Assembly (NCBI GenBank): GCA_044440125.1
Contig: JBITAJ010000003.1
Coordinates: 1-64,000, forward strand
DNA length: 64,000 bases
Direction: 5' to 3'
Origin: Sedimentisphaeraceae bacterium JB056
GTDB taxonomy: Bacteria; Planctomycetota; Phycisphaerae; Sedimentisphaerales; Sedimentisphaeraceae
Part shown: positions 10,557-19,117 of the stretch, one piece after another
Layout: each line of letters opens with the position of its first letter
Position numbering within the stretch: position 1 is the first letter of the stretch
Position numbers and translations under genes: made by a program
Notes under the pieces: generated by a model
Told to the model about the DNA's origin: nothing
Databases searched by the model: none
What the model saw: only the letters and a program-made list of their open reading frames with translations

Positions 10557-12167
10557 TTATTGACAGTTTGTACCACTGGGGTCATTACAAACCATCCAGT
10601 TGGCAGCCATTTCGGCAAAGTCTGCCAGATCAACCACACAGTCAAGATTGAAGTCCGCCGGAAGTGTTACGCCCGCCGCTACGGCTGAAGCACAATCAGG
10701 ATAGCTTATATCAGTTACAGTGAACCTTAAAGCTTCCCCACCTTCGGAAAGAGCAACGATCTCGTAGCTGAAATCATAAACATCACTTTCGTCAACAAAT
10801 ATATTCGTTGCATCAGTAACAATGGTAAAACCCGGAGCAGTTACTATAGCATCAAACTGCTGGCCAATGACAAGAGCCGAATCCTCAACTTCAGCAAAAG
10901 TAATCTCAGTACCCTCGATAGGTGCATGATCACCACAACTTATAGGAGTTATTCCACCTTCATCAAAACGGAAATTGAGTTTTGTTGATTCTTTATCGCG
11001 AAGATCAAGTCTACCGCCAATTGTGATATTATCAGCCGCTGAACCAAGAACTGTTATTTCAGCATGCTGATTAGGGTCTGTCGCACCGGCAATAGGATCT
11101 GAAGCCTGAAGATAACCGCCAATATTTACACTTCCGCCACTGATAGTTAGATATCCTTGCGCATCCTCAAAGCGGCCAAGCCTGAGCGAATCAGTGCAAT
11201 TGAAAGTACCACCGGAAATTTCAAGTTCACCAACATCATTGTTACCAACATACATTGCCCCGCCTGTAGTATTGAACGTACCGCCGGAAACGGTCATTAT
11301 TCCGCTTGAACCAACATATTTGCCTACAAGTACATAACCCGAAATATCTGCAACTCCGCCAGACTGATTGAATTCGCCGTAACCGTTGCTGCCGATTATA
11401 AGATGTGTATTTACGTCAACATCGCCGGCCGAAAGGTTGTATATACCGCTTGTTCCTGCATCAGCGCCAAGCAAAAGCTCTTTGTTGCATGTAGAAAGGT
11501 TCAAATAACCGCCGCTCTGATTAACGGTACCGCCGCTTGGGCTCCTGCTGTCAACACCTGCCCAGAAATAACAGTTGCCGCTTACGACTACTTCACCTGT
11601 ACCGCTGATATTCATCTCAGCATCAGCCAACGGATTGTTGTTACCCAACTTTACTGCCGTATTGTCACCATCGGAGATATCAAGCGTACCGCCGGATATA
11701 TTGTAAGTTGAATTTGGGCCAACAGACAGAAGAACGCTTGGCTTGACTGTTCCGCCGTACTGGTTGATGATCGAATCGGCGGTCCAGCTCATGTTTATTC
11801 TGGCACCAGATGTCAACACCATCGATCCGCCTTCATAGACATTGATCTCAGAATGACCTCTACGGCCAACATTTATATATCCGCCGCCACCCATATTAAG
11901 CGTACCGCCGGAATTGACATTCAATACCGCAGTCGAACCATTACCCATATTCAGTTCCTTAAGAGCAGCAGATGCGCTATTGAGTTCACAACTGTAGGCA
12001 CTGGTAATCTCAACAATTTCATTTGCAACTGGCACTGCGCCGCTGCTCCACGCTGAAGTGGTATCCCAAGAAGTGGCATCAGCAGCAGGCTGCCATGTAA
12101 CAGCAGCAAAACTACTTACTGAAACAATTAAAACAACACTTAGATACTTAACAAAACTTTTTTTCAT
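10557..12167 (-). CDS. Secreted Gly-rich beta-solenoid repeat protein with dockerin-like tail (paralogue of neighbour)
   Basis: ATG 12167 with GGGAG SD; signal MKKSFVKYLSVVLIVSVSSFA; NQSGG/ISGG repeats; ends ADFNLDCVVDLADFAEMAANWMVCNDPSGTNCQ. Confidence 0.7.
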   Translation of the reverse strand: MKKSFVKYLSVVLIVSVSSFAAVTWQPAADATSWDTTSAWSSGAVPVANEIVEITSAYSCELNSASAALKELNMGNGSTAVLNVNSGGTLNMGGGGYINVGRRGHSEINVYEGGSMVLTSGARINMSWTADSIINQYGGTVKPSVLLSVGPNSTYNISGGTLDISDGDNTAVKLGNNNPLADAEMNISGTGEVVVSGNCYFWAGVDSRSPSGGTVNQSGGYLNLSTCNKELLLGADAGTSGIYNLSAGDVDVNTHLIIGSNGYGEFNQSGGVADISGYVLVGKYVGSSGIMTVSGGTFNTTGGAMYVGNNDVGELEISGGTFNCTDSLRLGRFEDAQGYLTISGGSVNIGGYLQASDPIAGATDPNQHAEITVLGSAADNITIGGRLDLRDKESTKLNFRFDEGGITPISCGDHAPIEGTEITFAEVEDSALVIGQQFDAIVTAPGFTIVTDATNIFVDESDVYDFSYEIVALSEGGEALRFTVTDISYPDCASAVAAGVTLPADFNLDCVVDLADFAEMAANWMVCNDPSGTNCQ

Positions 12168-12187
12168 GATAAACTCCCTTAAAAGAA

Positions 12188-13258
12188 TCAACAAACAACA
12201 GTTGCAGTTTTGGGCGCAGCAATACTAGCCCCTTTGTTATATTCACACTTGTGAACAACTTTACAGCATCCTGTTTCTCTATTTTCAATCAAATCAACTA
12301 ACAGCCTAAGTGCCCTTCGGCCAAGAAGCTGAGAATCAACATCTACGGTAGTAACCTGCGGACATCCAAGATTGGTTGTCTCGGCAGAATCAAAACCTGT
12401 AATGGCAATATCGGCAGGCACATCATAGCCCCGTCTCTTCATAGCAGCAAAAAGGTTATAAGCACACCAGTCTGCTGAACACATCCAGGCAGTAACGCCG
12501 CTTTCAAGACGAGCCGCAATCGCGTCAAAGTCAAAATACTCTTCCCAATCGTAAGACTTGTCTTCAAGAAGCTTCAACTCACAATCAAAGATATTTTCAT
12601 TACAAATATCAAGCCCATACATAGCCATAGATTGACAATATCCACCAAAACGTGCCATTGACCAAGTCTGCTCTTTATTCTTTCCAATAAAACCTATTTC
12701 CCTGTGACCAAGTTTGTAAAGCTGGTCAAAAAGCATTGAAATAGCACCGGAATTATCCAATCCAACATAAGAAACACCAAGATCAGTGTAATCATGCACA
12801 ATTGAAACACAGGTGTATCTTGCGGCAAGCTGCTTGACTATCTCACGCGGCCAGCGATGTACCAGTATGAGCCCTGAAACCATAGACTCCCTAAGCATAG
12901 GAGGCTGCAAGGCTGGATCAAGTACATCGTAACAAGTATCCGCTGTATAATTGTGAACGAATTGAGACACATTAAGCTCACTGCTAACGGCACTCATACC
13001 TGAAAGATACTCAATCTGTGAATAATTCTTGAATGGCGTTTGGGTAAGAACTCCAACGAATTTCACATCCGTCTTTTGTTCCGTGAACTGCATATTCGAA
13101 AGATAAGGTCTGTAACCCAGCTTCTTTGCAAGCTCAAGAACCTTGGTCTTCGTCTTTGCGCTTACGTCGGGATAGTTTCTAAGTGCTTTAGAAACAGTTC
13201 CAACAGATATATTAAGTTCTTTAGCTAACAGTTCCTGATTTACGTTTACATCAGTCAT
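12188..13258 (-). CDS. LacI-family transcriptional regulator
   Basis: HTH LAKELNISVGTVSKALRNYPDVSAKTK..LGYRP; sugar-binding domain with LGHREIGFIG and VPADIAITGFD. Confidence 0.93.
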   Translation of the reverse strand: MTDVNVNQELLAKELNISVGTVSKALRNYPDVSAKTKTKVLELAKKLGYRPYLSNMQFTEQKTDVKFVGVLTQTPFKNYSQIEYLSGMSAVSSELNVSQFVHNYTADTCYDVLDPALQPPMLRESMVSGLILVHRWPREIVKQLAARYTCVSIVHDYTDLGVSYVGLDNSGAISMLFDQLYKLGHREIGFIGKNKEQTWSMARFGGYCQSMAMYGLDICNENIFDCELKLLEDKSYDWEEYFDFDAIAARLESGVTAWMCSADWCAYNLFAAMKRRGYDVPADIAITGFDSAETTNLGCPQVTTVDVDSQLLGRRALRLLVDLIENRETGCCKVVHKCEYNKGASIAAPKTATVVC

Positions 13259-13286
13259 AAAAAGCTCCTATTGATTTAACAAACTC

Positions 13287-13315
13287 ATGCTAACACGGAC
13301 ACAAATTATTGTCAA
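13287..13315 (-). promoter_or_regulatory. Sigma70-like promoter of the LacI-led operon
   Basis: Minus strand TTGACA-N17-TAGCAT with extended TG, about 30 nt upstream of the ATG. Confidence 0.7.
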
Positions 13316-13337
13316 CGCAAAATTTTCTGTATTTTTA

Positions 13338-13369
13338 GTATTTTTACGAAAGTTTTTTCGCAAAAATAC
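13338..13369. promoter_or_regulatory. Near-palindromic operator candidate
   Basis: GTATTTTTACGAAA-GTTT-TTTCGCAAAAATAC, just upstream of the -35 box. Confidence 0.45.
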
Positions 13370-13827
13370 AGCAAAATCAACAACAAAACACGCTTAATAA
13401 ACAAGATACAAAATTAAAAGACAAAAATAGAAATAACAAAAACAATCGTTTTCTAAAATTATTTCGCAACTTTAGAGAACCAATGTCTAATACTCACTAA
13501 GCTCAAAAGACATAAAAAATCAGCCACGTTCACAAATCTATCCAGACTACAATTATATCAAGCTTTGGGAGAAAACGAGTTCCAGACGCGATCTCTCCCT
13601 ATTGCCGTAATAAAAATTCCGGGTGAATATTTCAGCACTGAAACACCAAAGACAAAATAACACAATCTTGCTACTGTTTTGACTTAACTTGCTTTTTTAA
13701 TGCATTTACAATTAAAAACAAACATAAATACTTGATTAAACAGCTACTGTTGTGTTATTATCGCCCTCGTTGATTCAAACGTAAAACAAAGAAATCGTAA
13801 AAATGGTATTATTTTAAGGAAAGTAAA

Positions 13828-14451
13828 ATGGCAGACTTAAAAGCGCTTAGCGAAGCAGTCATCAAAGGTGACCAGAGTACAGCTGTAAAAATCACTCAAG
13901 AAGCTATTGATGAAGGTATGGTTCCAGGCGAAATCCTGACCAACGGTCTCGTTGCCGGTATGAGTGTAATCGGCGAAAGATTCAAAAAGAATGAAGTTTA
14001 TATTCCAGAAGTACTTATAGCAGCAAGAGCTATGAAGAGTGCTATGGAAATTCTTGAGCCAAAGCTCGTTGAAACAGGCGTTCAGCCTCTTGGTACAGTG
14101 GTTATCGGTACAGTTCAGGGCGACCTCCACGATATCGGTAAGAACCTCGTAGCTATGATGCTCAAGGGTGCTGGTTTCAACGTTGTCGATCTTGGTGTTG
14201 ACTGCTCAGCAGAAAAATTCGCTGACGCGGTTAAAGAGAATAATGCAGGCATCGTGGCTATGAGTGCACTTCTGACAACAACAATGCCGGCTATGGAAAA
14301 GAGCATCAATACATTCAAAGAGCAGGGCCTTCAAGCAAAGGTCATGATCGGTGGAGCTCCTGTAACACAGGGTTATGCTGACAAGATCGGTGCTGATGGA
14401 TATTCTGCAGACGCAGCAAGTGCTGTAGATCTCGCAAAAACACTTCTCTAA
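13828..14451 (+). CDS. Corrinoid (B12-binding) protein of a methyltransferase system, MtaC/MttC/MetH-cap type
   Basis: Cap domain plus DLHDIGKNLV (DxHxxG), SALLTTTM and GGAP motifs; AAGGA SD. Confidence 0.93.
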   Translation: MADLKALSEAVIKGDQSTAVKITQEAIDEGMVPGEILTNGLVAGMSVIGERFKKNEVYIPEVLIAARAMKSAMEILEPKLVETGVQPLGTVVIGTVQGDLHDIGKNLVAMMLKGAGFNVVDLGVDCSAEKFADAVKENNAGIVAMSALLTTTMPAMEKSINTFKEQGLQAKVMIGGAPVTQGYADKIGADGYSADAASAVDLAKTLL

Positions 14452-14471
14452 GAAACGTTTTTGAATATACC

Positions 14472-14512
14472 AAACAGGCGGCTTTTTCTTTTGTGAAAGA
14501 GCCGCCTGTTTT
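14472..14512. terminator. Bidirectional rho-independent terminator
   Basis: AAACAGGCGGCT...AGCCGCCTGTTTT between the convergent corrinoid gene and dxr. Confidence 0.8.
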
Positions 14513-14551
14513 CATTTTAAACACTTTTCAAAACCCCTGCATATAATATTA

Positions 14552-15712
14552 TCAGACCTTACACTTAACTAAAGATCTGACATACTCTCTTGCCCAGATA
14601 TCTGTATCAAGAAGCTCATCAAGCGATAAAGAATCCGCCCCTTTATGAACATTCAATGCTTCCTCAACCATCTCTATTATCTGGTTAAATTTGATCTGAC
14701 CATCAAGGAACTGCGCAACAGCCTGCTCATTGGCCGCGTTGAATACCACCGGAGCCGAACCGCCCTCTCTTGCCACTTCATAGCATAATTTAAGCGAACC
14801 GAACACCTCGAAATCCGGCTCATGGAAATTGAGACTGCCAAGTTTGCCGAGATCAAGATGCGTTGAGATGCCTTTTGCTCTGCTGGGGTAAGTCAGAGCA
14901 TACTGTATCGGCAGGCACATATCCGGCGTACCAAGCTGCGCCATTACCGAGCCGTCAACAAATTCAACAAGAGAATGCACAACCGACTCAGGATGAATCA
15001 GGACATCAATCATATCAACAGGCACATCAAAAAGCCATCTTGCCTCGATCACCTCCAAAGCTTTATTCATCATCGTTGCCGAATCTATAGTGATCTTTGG
15101 TCCCATATCCCAGGTAGGGTGATTCAGGGCATCTTCAATTGTGGCGTTTTGTATCTGCTCCTTGGTAGCGGTTCTGAACGGGCCGCCTGAAGAAGTAAGG
15201 ATAAGCTTATTAATCTCGTCATGCTGACCGGCCTGCAAGCACTGAAAGATAGCGGAATGCTCACTGTCAACGGGGGCTATGGTTGATCCGTTGGCGCGGG
15301 CAGTCTTCATCAAAAGCTCGCCTGCTATCACAAGCGGTTCTTTATTGGCAATCGCAAGAAGCTTGCCTGCCTTAGCAGCCGCTATAGTCGCACTGAGCCC
15401 CGCCGCCCCTACAACCGCAGTTACAACGGTATTTACATCGCTCATGGTAGCGATCTGCTCCATCGGACTCTGTCCCGAAACAATCTTCGTATCACACCCG
15501 CTGATAAGCTCAGCAAGCTTGTCAGTAAACGAATCATCGACAATCGCCGCATATTTCGGCTTATATTTACGTACCTGCTCAGCCAAAAGCTCAACGCTCG
15601 TGTTAGCCGTTATAGCCGTAAGCTCATAATCATCACCTAAAGCCTCTATTACCCTTAAAGCATTCTTGCCAATTGAGCCTGTAGAGCCAAGTATCGCTAT
15701 TTTTTTACTCAT
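14552..15712 (-). CDS. dxr: 1-deoxy-D-xylulose 5-phosphate reductoisomerase
   Basis: LGSTGSIG, ANKE, PVDSEHSAIFQ, HPTWDMGPKITIDSATMMNKALEVIEA, NAANE. Confidence 0.98.
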   Translation of the reverse strand: MSKKIAILGSTGSIGKNALRVIEALGDDYELTAITANTSVELLAEQVRKYKPKYAAIVDDSFTDKLAELISGCDTKIVSGQSPMEQIATMSDVNTVVTAVVGAAGLSATIAAAKAGKLLAIANKEPLVIAGELLMKTARANGSTIAPVDSEHSAIFQCLQAGQHDEINKLILTSSGGPFRTATKEQIQNATIEDALNHPTWDMGPKITIDSATMMNKALEVIEARWLFDVPVDMIDVLIHPESVVHSLVEFVDGSVMAQLGTPDMCLPIQYALTYPSRAKGISTHLDLGKLGSLNFHEPDFEVFGSLKLCYEVAREGGSAPVVFNAANEQAVAQFLDGQIKFNQIIEMVEEALNVHKGADSLSLDELLDTDIWAREYVRSLVKCKV

Positions 15713-15803
15713 AATTCCTGATTCAAAGCAAACTAAAAAACAAACAAACCTTCAAACACTGAAGATATGAATTAAATACAAACGTAAAATACTACAGGTT
15801 AAT

Positions 15804-15832
15804 ATTATACAATCAATAAGTCATCTATGCAA
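15804..15832 (-). promoter_or_regulatory. Sigma70-like promoter for dxr
   Basis: Minus strand TTGCAT-N17-TATAAT. Confidence 0.6.
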
Positions 15833-16049
15833 GGTCATAAATTAATGCTGTGAATTTACGTGAGCAGCATTTATTTGGGGTACGACAATTTTACAACCAC
15901 AAAATGATAATTTCTTGCCTAAGCACATCAATCAGACACAAAAACACAATACTTAAAACTTAAAATTTGCAGAATCAACCTTAAAACATACAATAAAACT
16001 AAACTGTTTATGTATTTATTTGCAATATTACAATTTTGAGGAGTTTGAA

Positions 16050-17453
16050 ATGCTTAAAAAGACAGTTGCCGTAATACTGACAGCAATTACCATCGCTTTT
16101 GCCGCTGAAACCGACAAGAAGCCAATCACTATTGATCTGCGTGACAAAACGCCCTATGTAAGTGAAAAACTTGAAATTGACACGGTTTGGGCCGGCCATC
16201 CAGTAGGATTCTACCTTCTCACCGATAACAACCGACAATACGCAGCATATTATGATGCTAATCGGGATATGGTTGTAGCAATGAGAGATATCGGGCAGGA
16301 TGAATGGACGAAATTCAAGCCTCAGACCGATTACCATAAGCCGCCTTCACAGGCTTCTCCAGCAACATGCAAGCTCGGTTGGGACAGCCATAATTACATA
16401 ACAATGGCAATCGATTCAGAAGGCTTTCTTCATCTCAGCGGCAACATGCACTGCAACAACCTCACATATTTCCGCACAACAAAACCATATGATATAACAA
16501 CGTTGACGCATATCAAGGAAATGACCGGCTCAGATGAAAAGAGAGCAACCTATCCAGTATTTCTTGAGAAACCTGACGGCACACTTCTTTTCAAGTATCG
16601 TATTGGGCAAAGCGGTAACGGCAATGAAATTTACAACATATATGACACAAAAACAAAACAGTGGAAAAGGCTGATAGACAAACCGCTAAGCGATGGTAAC
16701 GGCCTTAGAAATGCCTACTTCCAAAATCCAAAACTTGGATCAGACAATATGTATCATATGTCATGGGTTTGGCGGGAAACCTATGACTGCTCAACAAATC
16801 ACGATCTGTCATATGCTAAAAGCCCAGACCTTGTAAACTGGCTCACTGTTGATGACAAGAAAATAGAACTGCCGATGACACTTGAGACAAAGGGGCTGAT
16901 TGTTGACCCGATACCCGTTAAAGGCGGCATAATAAACGGCAGCGGTAAGATTGGTTTCGACCACGATGGAAAGGCTGTAATAACATATCATAAATTTGAT
17001 AAAGCAGGAAACACGCAAGCTTACTGCGCACGTGCAATAGATGGCAAATGGCAAATCAAGCAGATAACAGACTGGGATTATCGCTGGTATTTTGAAGGCG
17101 GCGGAAGTATCGTTTTTGAAGTCAGGTTAGGAGAAGTCAAGCCGTTGGATAACAAGTATCTGCAACTCGATTACAACCACTCTAAATACGGCTCAGGAAC
17201 ATGGCTTCTGGATAAGGATTTGGCCATCTGCGGAAAAGTAATAAAGGGGCGTTCGCGTCCTAAATCACTGGAAAAACTGGAAAGTGATTTTGAAGGAATG
17301 CAAGTGAAATGGCTTGGAAACAGAGGCAAAAGCAATAACGACACTAACTATTGGCTTCGCTGGGAAACTCTGCCGCAAAACCGAGACCTTGAAAGAAAAG
17401 GCAAATTACCTGAGCCATCAAAGCTCACTCTTTACGGCATAAAATTCAAATAA
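16050..17453 (+). CDS. Secreted BNR-4 repeat beta-propeller protein (candidate glycan lyase)
   Basis: ATG 16050 after GAGGAG; signal peptide; DSHNYITMAIDSEGFLHLSGNMH, TYP, YRIGQSGNG, WVWRET, NHDLSYAKSPDLVNW. Confidence 0.8.
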   Translation: MLKKTVAVILTAITIAFAAETDKKPITIDLRDKTPYVSEKLEIDTVWAGHPVGFYLLTDNNRQYAAYYDANRDMVVAMRDIGQDEWTKFKPQTDYHKPPSQASPATCKLGWDSHNYITMAIDSEGFLHLSGNMHCNNLTYFRTTKPYDITTLTHIKEMTGSDEKRATYPVFLEKPDGTLLFKYRIGQSGNGNEIYNIYDTKTKQWKRLIDKPLSDGNGLRNAYFQNPKLGSDNMYHMSWVWRETYDCSTNHDLSYAKSPDLVNWLTVDDKKIELPMTLETKGLIVDPIPVKGGIINGSGKIGFDHDGKAVITYHKFDKAGNTQAYCARAIDGKWQIKQITDWDYRWYFEGGGSIVFEVRLGEVKPLDNKYLQLDYNHSKYGSGTWLLDKDLAICGKVIKGRSRPKSLEKLESDFEGMQVKWLGNRGKSNNDTNYWLRWETLPQNRDLERKGKLPEPSKLTLYGIKFK

Positions 17454-17466
17454 GAATAGATCACCT

Positions 17467-17497
17467 AAACAGCAGGTTTAACCGCCTGCTGTTTTTT
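17467..17497 (+). terminator. Rho-independent terminator
   Basis: AAACAGCAGG...CCTGCTGTTTTTT directly after the BNR-4 gene. Confidence 0.75.
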
Positions 17498-17510
17498 GTC
17501 TATACAAACT

Positions 17511-17550
17511 TTTGGAGTGCGGTTGCAAGCGAAACGCTAAACCGCTCAAA
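17511..17550 (+). repeat. REP-like element (TTTGGAGTGCGG family)
   Basis: TGGAGTGCGGTTGCAAGCGAAACGCTAAACCGCT; diverged inverted copy at 18999-19037. Confidence 0.6.
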
Positions 17551-17759
17551 GCTTCAATGCGTATGATGAAAAAACAGTAGAAACCGTAACACAAGCCGCA
17601 TTAGATACAATAAACAACACTTCCGCCCCGCTATTCGATATCTGCATTTAATTTACTACAATATAGATGGATGCCTCAAAAGTATTAAATCATAATTTTA
17701 ATCCCACCCATGCAAGCAAAACCACACCAATCGTCAATTGGAATTACCCGTCTGTTTTT

Positions 17760-18524
17760 TTAATATCGACTAAAATCTTCTATTTTCATTTTTTGCTTTT
17801 CATTGACTTCTAAGGTATATATTAATGAAGTGTATTTTTCCTTAATTAAAGCGCCCTCAGCCTTATCTTTAAGAGATTTAAGTTGATTAATTAATTCAAT
17901 TCGTTCTTCTTCATTATTGGACAGTTTTGTCGGATTACAGATGGTATAACCATCAATATCTTTACGGAAATTATCAATCAAATGCTGACCAAGATCTCCT
18001 TTGAAATGAGTCGATAGGTCTTTTATAACTTCGTTTAACTTCGACGAAATCACTACACGAGATATTCTTGCTAAATTCGATTCTAGCTGATAGGCATTGA
18101 TAAAAGCAGGGCCAATTATCTCATCTTCATCCCAATAAATATTGCCAAAATCAATAGCACCTCGGATGGTGTACCCTTTCTTTATCAAGAAAGACCAAAT
18201 GCTATTAACATTTGCGACTATAGTTTCCAACCCAAGCAGCATATCTCCAAACATACGCGATTCATCTAGTCCAAATGAAATTATGATACTATCAGAAATA
18301 GATTTTATTCTTGGTACATATTGATAACTTCCTTTGTCATTTGAAAACCCTGAATTATTCCCACTGGGAATAACCTTGAGATTGCTCTTAATCTCTAATA
18401 TTGTTTTTAAGGGATCCTCTTTGGGATTATTCCAGTTGTTTAGAATATCAAAAGAAAATCCAAGAATATCCAAATAACAAACATATCCTACACCATGATG
18501 TTTTTTGATATTTCCTTTTATCAT
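17760..18524 (-). CDS. Class III nucleotidyl cyclase-like protein, stand-alone and AT-rich
   Basis: YLDILGFS and SISDSII (two metal-binding Asp positions), IRGAIDFG, IIGPAFINAYQLES..A...RVVIS. Confidence 0.65.
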   Translation of the reverse strand: MIKGNIKKHHGVGYVCYLDILGFSFDILNNWNNPKEDPLKTILEIKSNLKVIPSGNNSGFSNDKGSYQYVPRIKSISDSIIISFGLDESRMFGDMLLGLETIVANVNSIWSFLIKKGYTIRGAIDFGNIYWDEDEIIGPAFINAYQLESNLARISRVVISSKLNEVIKDLSTHFKGDLGQHLIDNFRKDIDGYTICNPTKLSNNEEERIELINQLKSLKDKAEGALIKEKYTSLIYTLEVNEKQKMKIEDFSRY

Positions 18525-18637
18525 TTATTCTTTTTTCCGCCTTCGTCCATATTGACATACTTTTCTGATTAATAATCGTCAGATTCTACATCTACTCAAT
18601 ATCGCCCAAGTGAGGGCAGTCCTTCTACAGATTAACC

Positions 18638-18665
18638 ATTATACCCGTAATGAAGAGTCTTACAA
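18638..18665 (-). promoter_or_regulatory. Sigma70-like promoter for the cyclase-like gene
   Basis: Minus strand TTGTAA-N16-TATAAT. Confidence 0.5.
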
Positions 18666-18705
18666 GATATTTGTATACGAGAATATTTTGGGAACTAATG
18701 AGTTT

Positions 18706-18892
18706 TAAGCACCGTAGGTGCGGAATATCTTAGCCCAGTCCATCGGGCTGGGTCTGGGATTATCACAGGCGATGCACCCCCACTCCCGCATTCGGCCTTT
18801 GGCTGGATGCGGGAGTGGGGGTGGGAATATTGTATATTTTTAAGACTCAGGGCGTTGGCCTAAGCTATGTTATTAAAACCTTACAGGCTTAG
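18706..18892. repeat. Inverted pair of REP-like units enclosing a long GC hairpin
   Basis: Left AGCACCGTAGGTGC..TAGCCCAG..CTGGGT; right (reverse complement) AGCCTGTAAGG..TAGCTTAGGCCAACGCCCTGAGT; central 17-bp perfect stem 18775-18791/18807-18823. Confidence 0.6.
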
Positions 18893-18894
18893 AA

Positions 18895-19037
18895 TTTGGA
18901 GTGCTCAATTAACGACCAACGGGAGGCAATTGAGCTTTGGGATCTCCCTGTCGTTGGTATCGGGCATGATTATAAGATTTAGGGTATTGTTGCGTTATTC
19001 CAAAGCGGCGTCGCGCTTCGCTTTCCACCGCACTCCA
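18895..19037. repeat. REPIN-like inverted pair of TGGAGTGC...TTTGG units
   Basis: TTTGGAGTGCTCAATT...AATTGAGCTTTGG (18895-18940) facing TCCAAAGCGGCGTCGCGCTTCGCTTTCCACCGCACTCCA (18999-19037). Confidence 0.65.
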
Positions 19038-19049
19038 TGGGCTGTCTTT

Positions 19050-19085
19050 AAAAACAAAACAAGCGAGTCCATTTGGGCTCGCCTG
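19050..19085 (-). terminator. Terminator of the E1-E2 operon
   Basis: Minus strand CAGGCGAGCCCA-AA-TGGACTCGCTTG-TTTTGTTTTT. Confidence 0.7.
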
Positions 19086-19117
19086 CTCTGCGGTTTGTTG
19101 TTTTGCCTTCAAGGAGA

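Noticed and set aside
13567..13647. Two hairpins upstream of the corrinoid gene as a cobalamin riboswitch
   Set aside because: No AGGGAA or GCAACTG B12-box consensus on either strand; stems are short; a likely promoter (TTGATT 13732, TATTAT 13756) lies downstream of them.
17547..17651. Short open stretch QSFNAYDEKTVETVTQAALDTINNTSAPLFDICI* as a gene relic
   Set aside because: No start or SD and no recognisable family; cannot be supported without a search.
17760..18524. Complete Pycsar or CBASS system
   Set aside because: No TIR, transmembrane or nuclease effector gene is adjacent; only the cyclase-like ORF is present.
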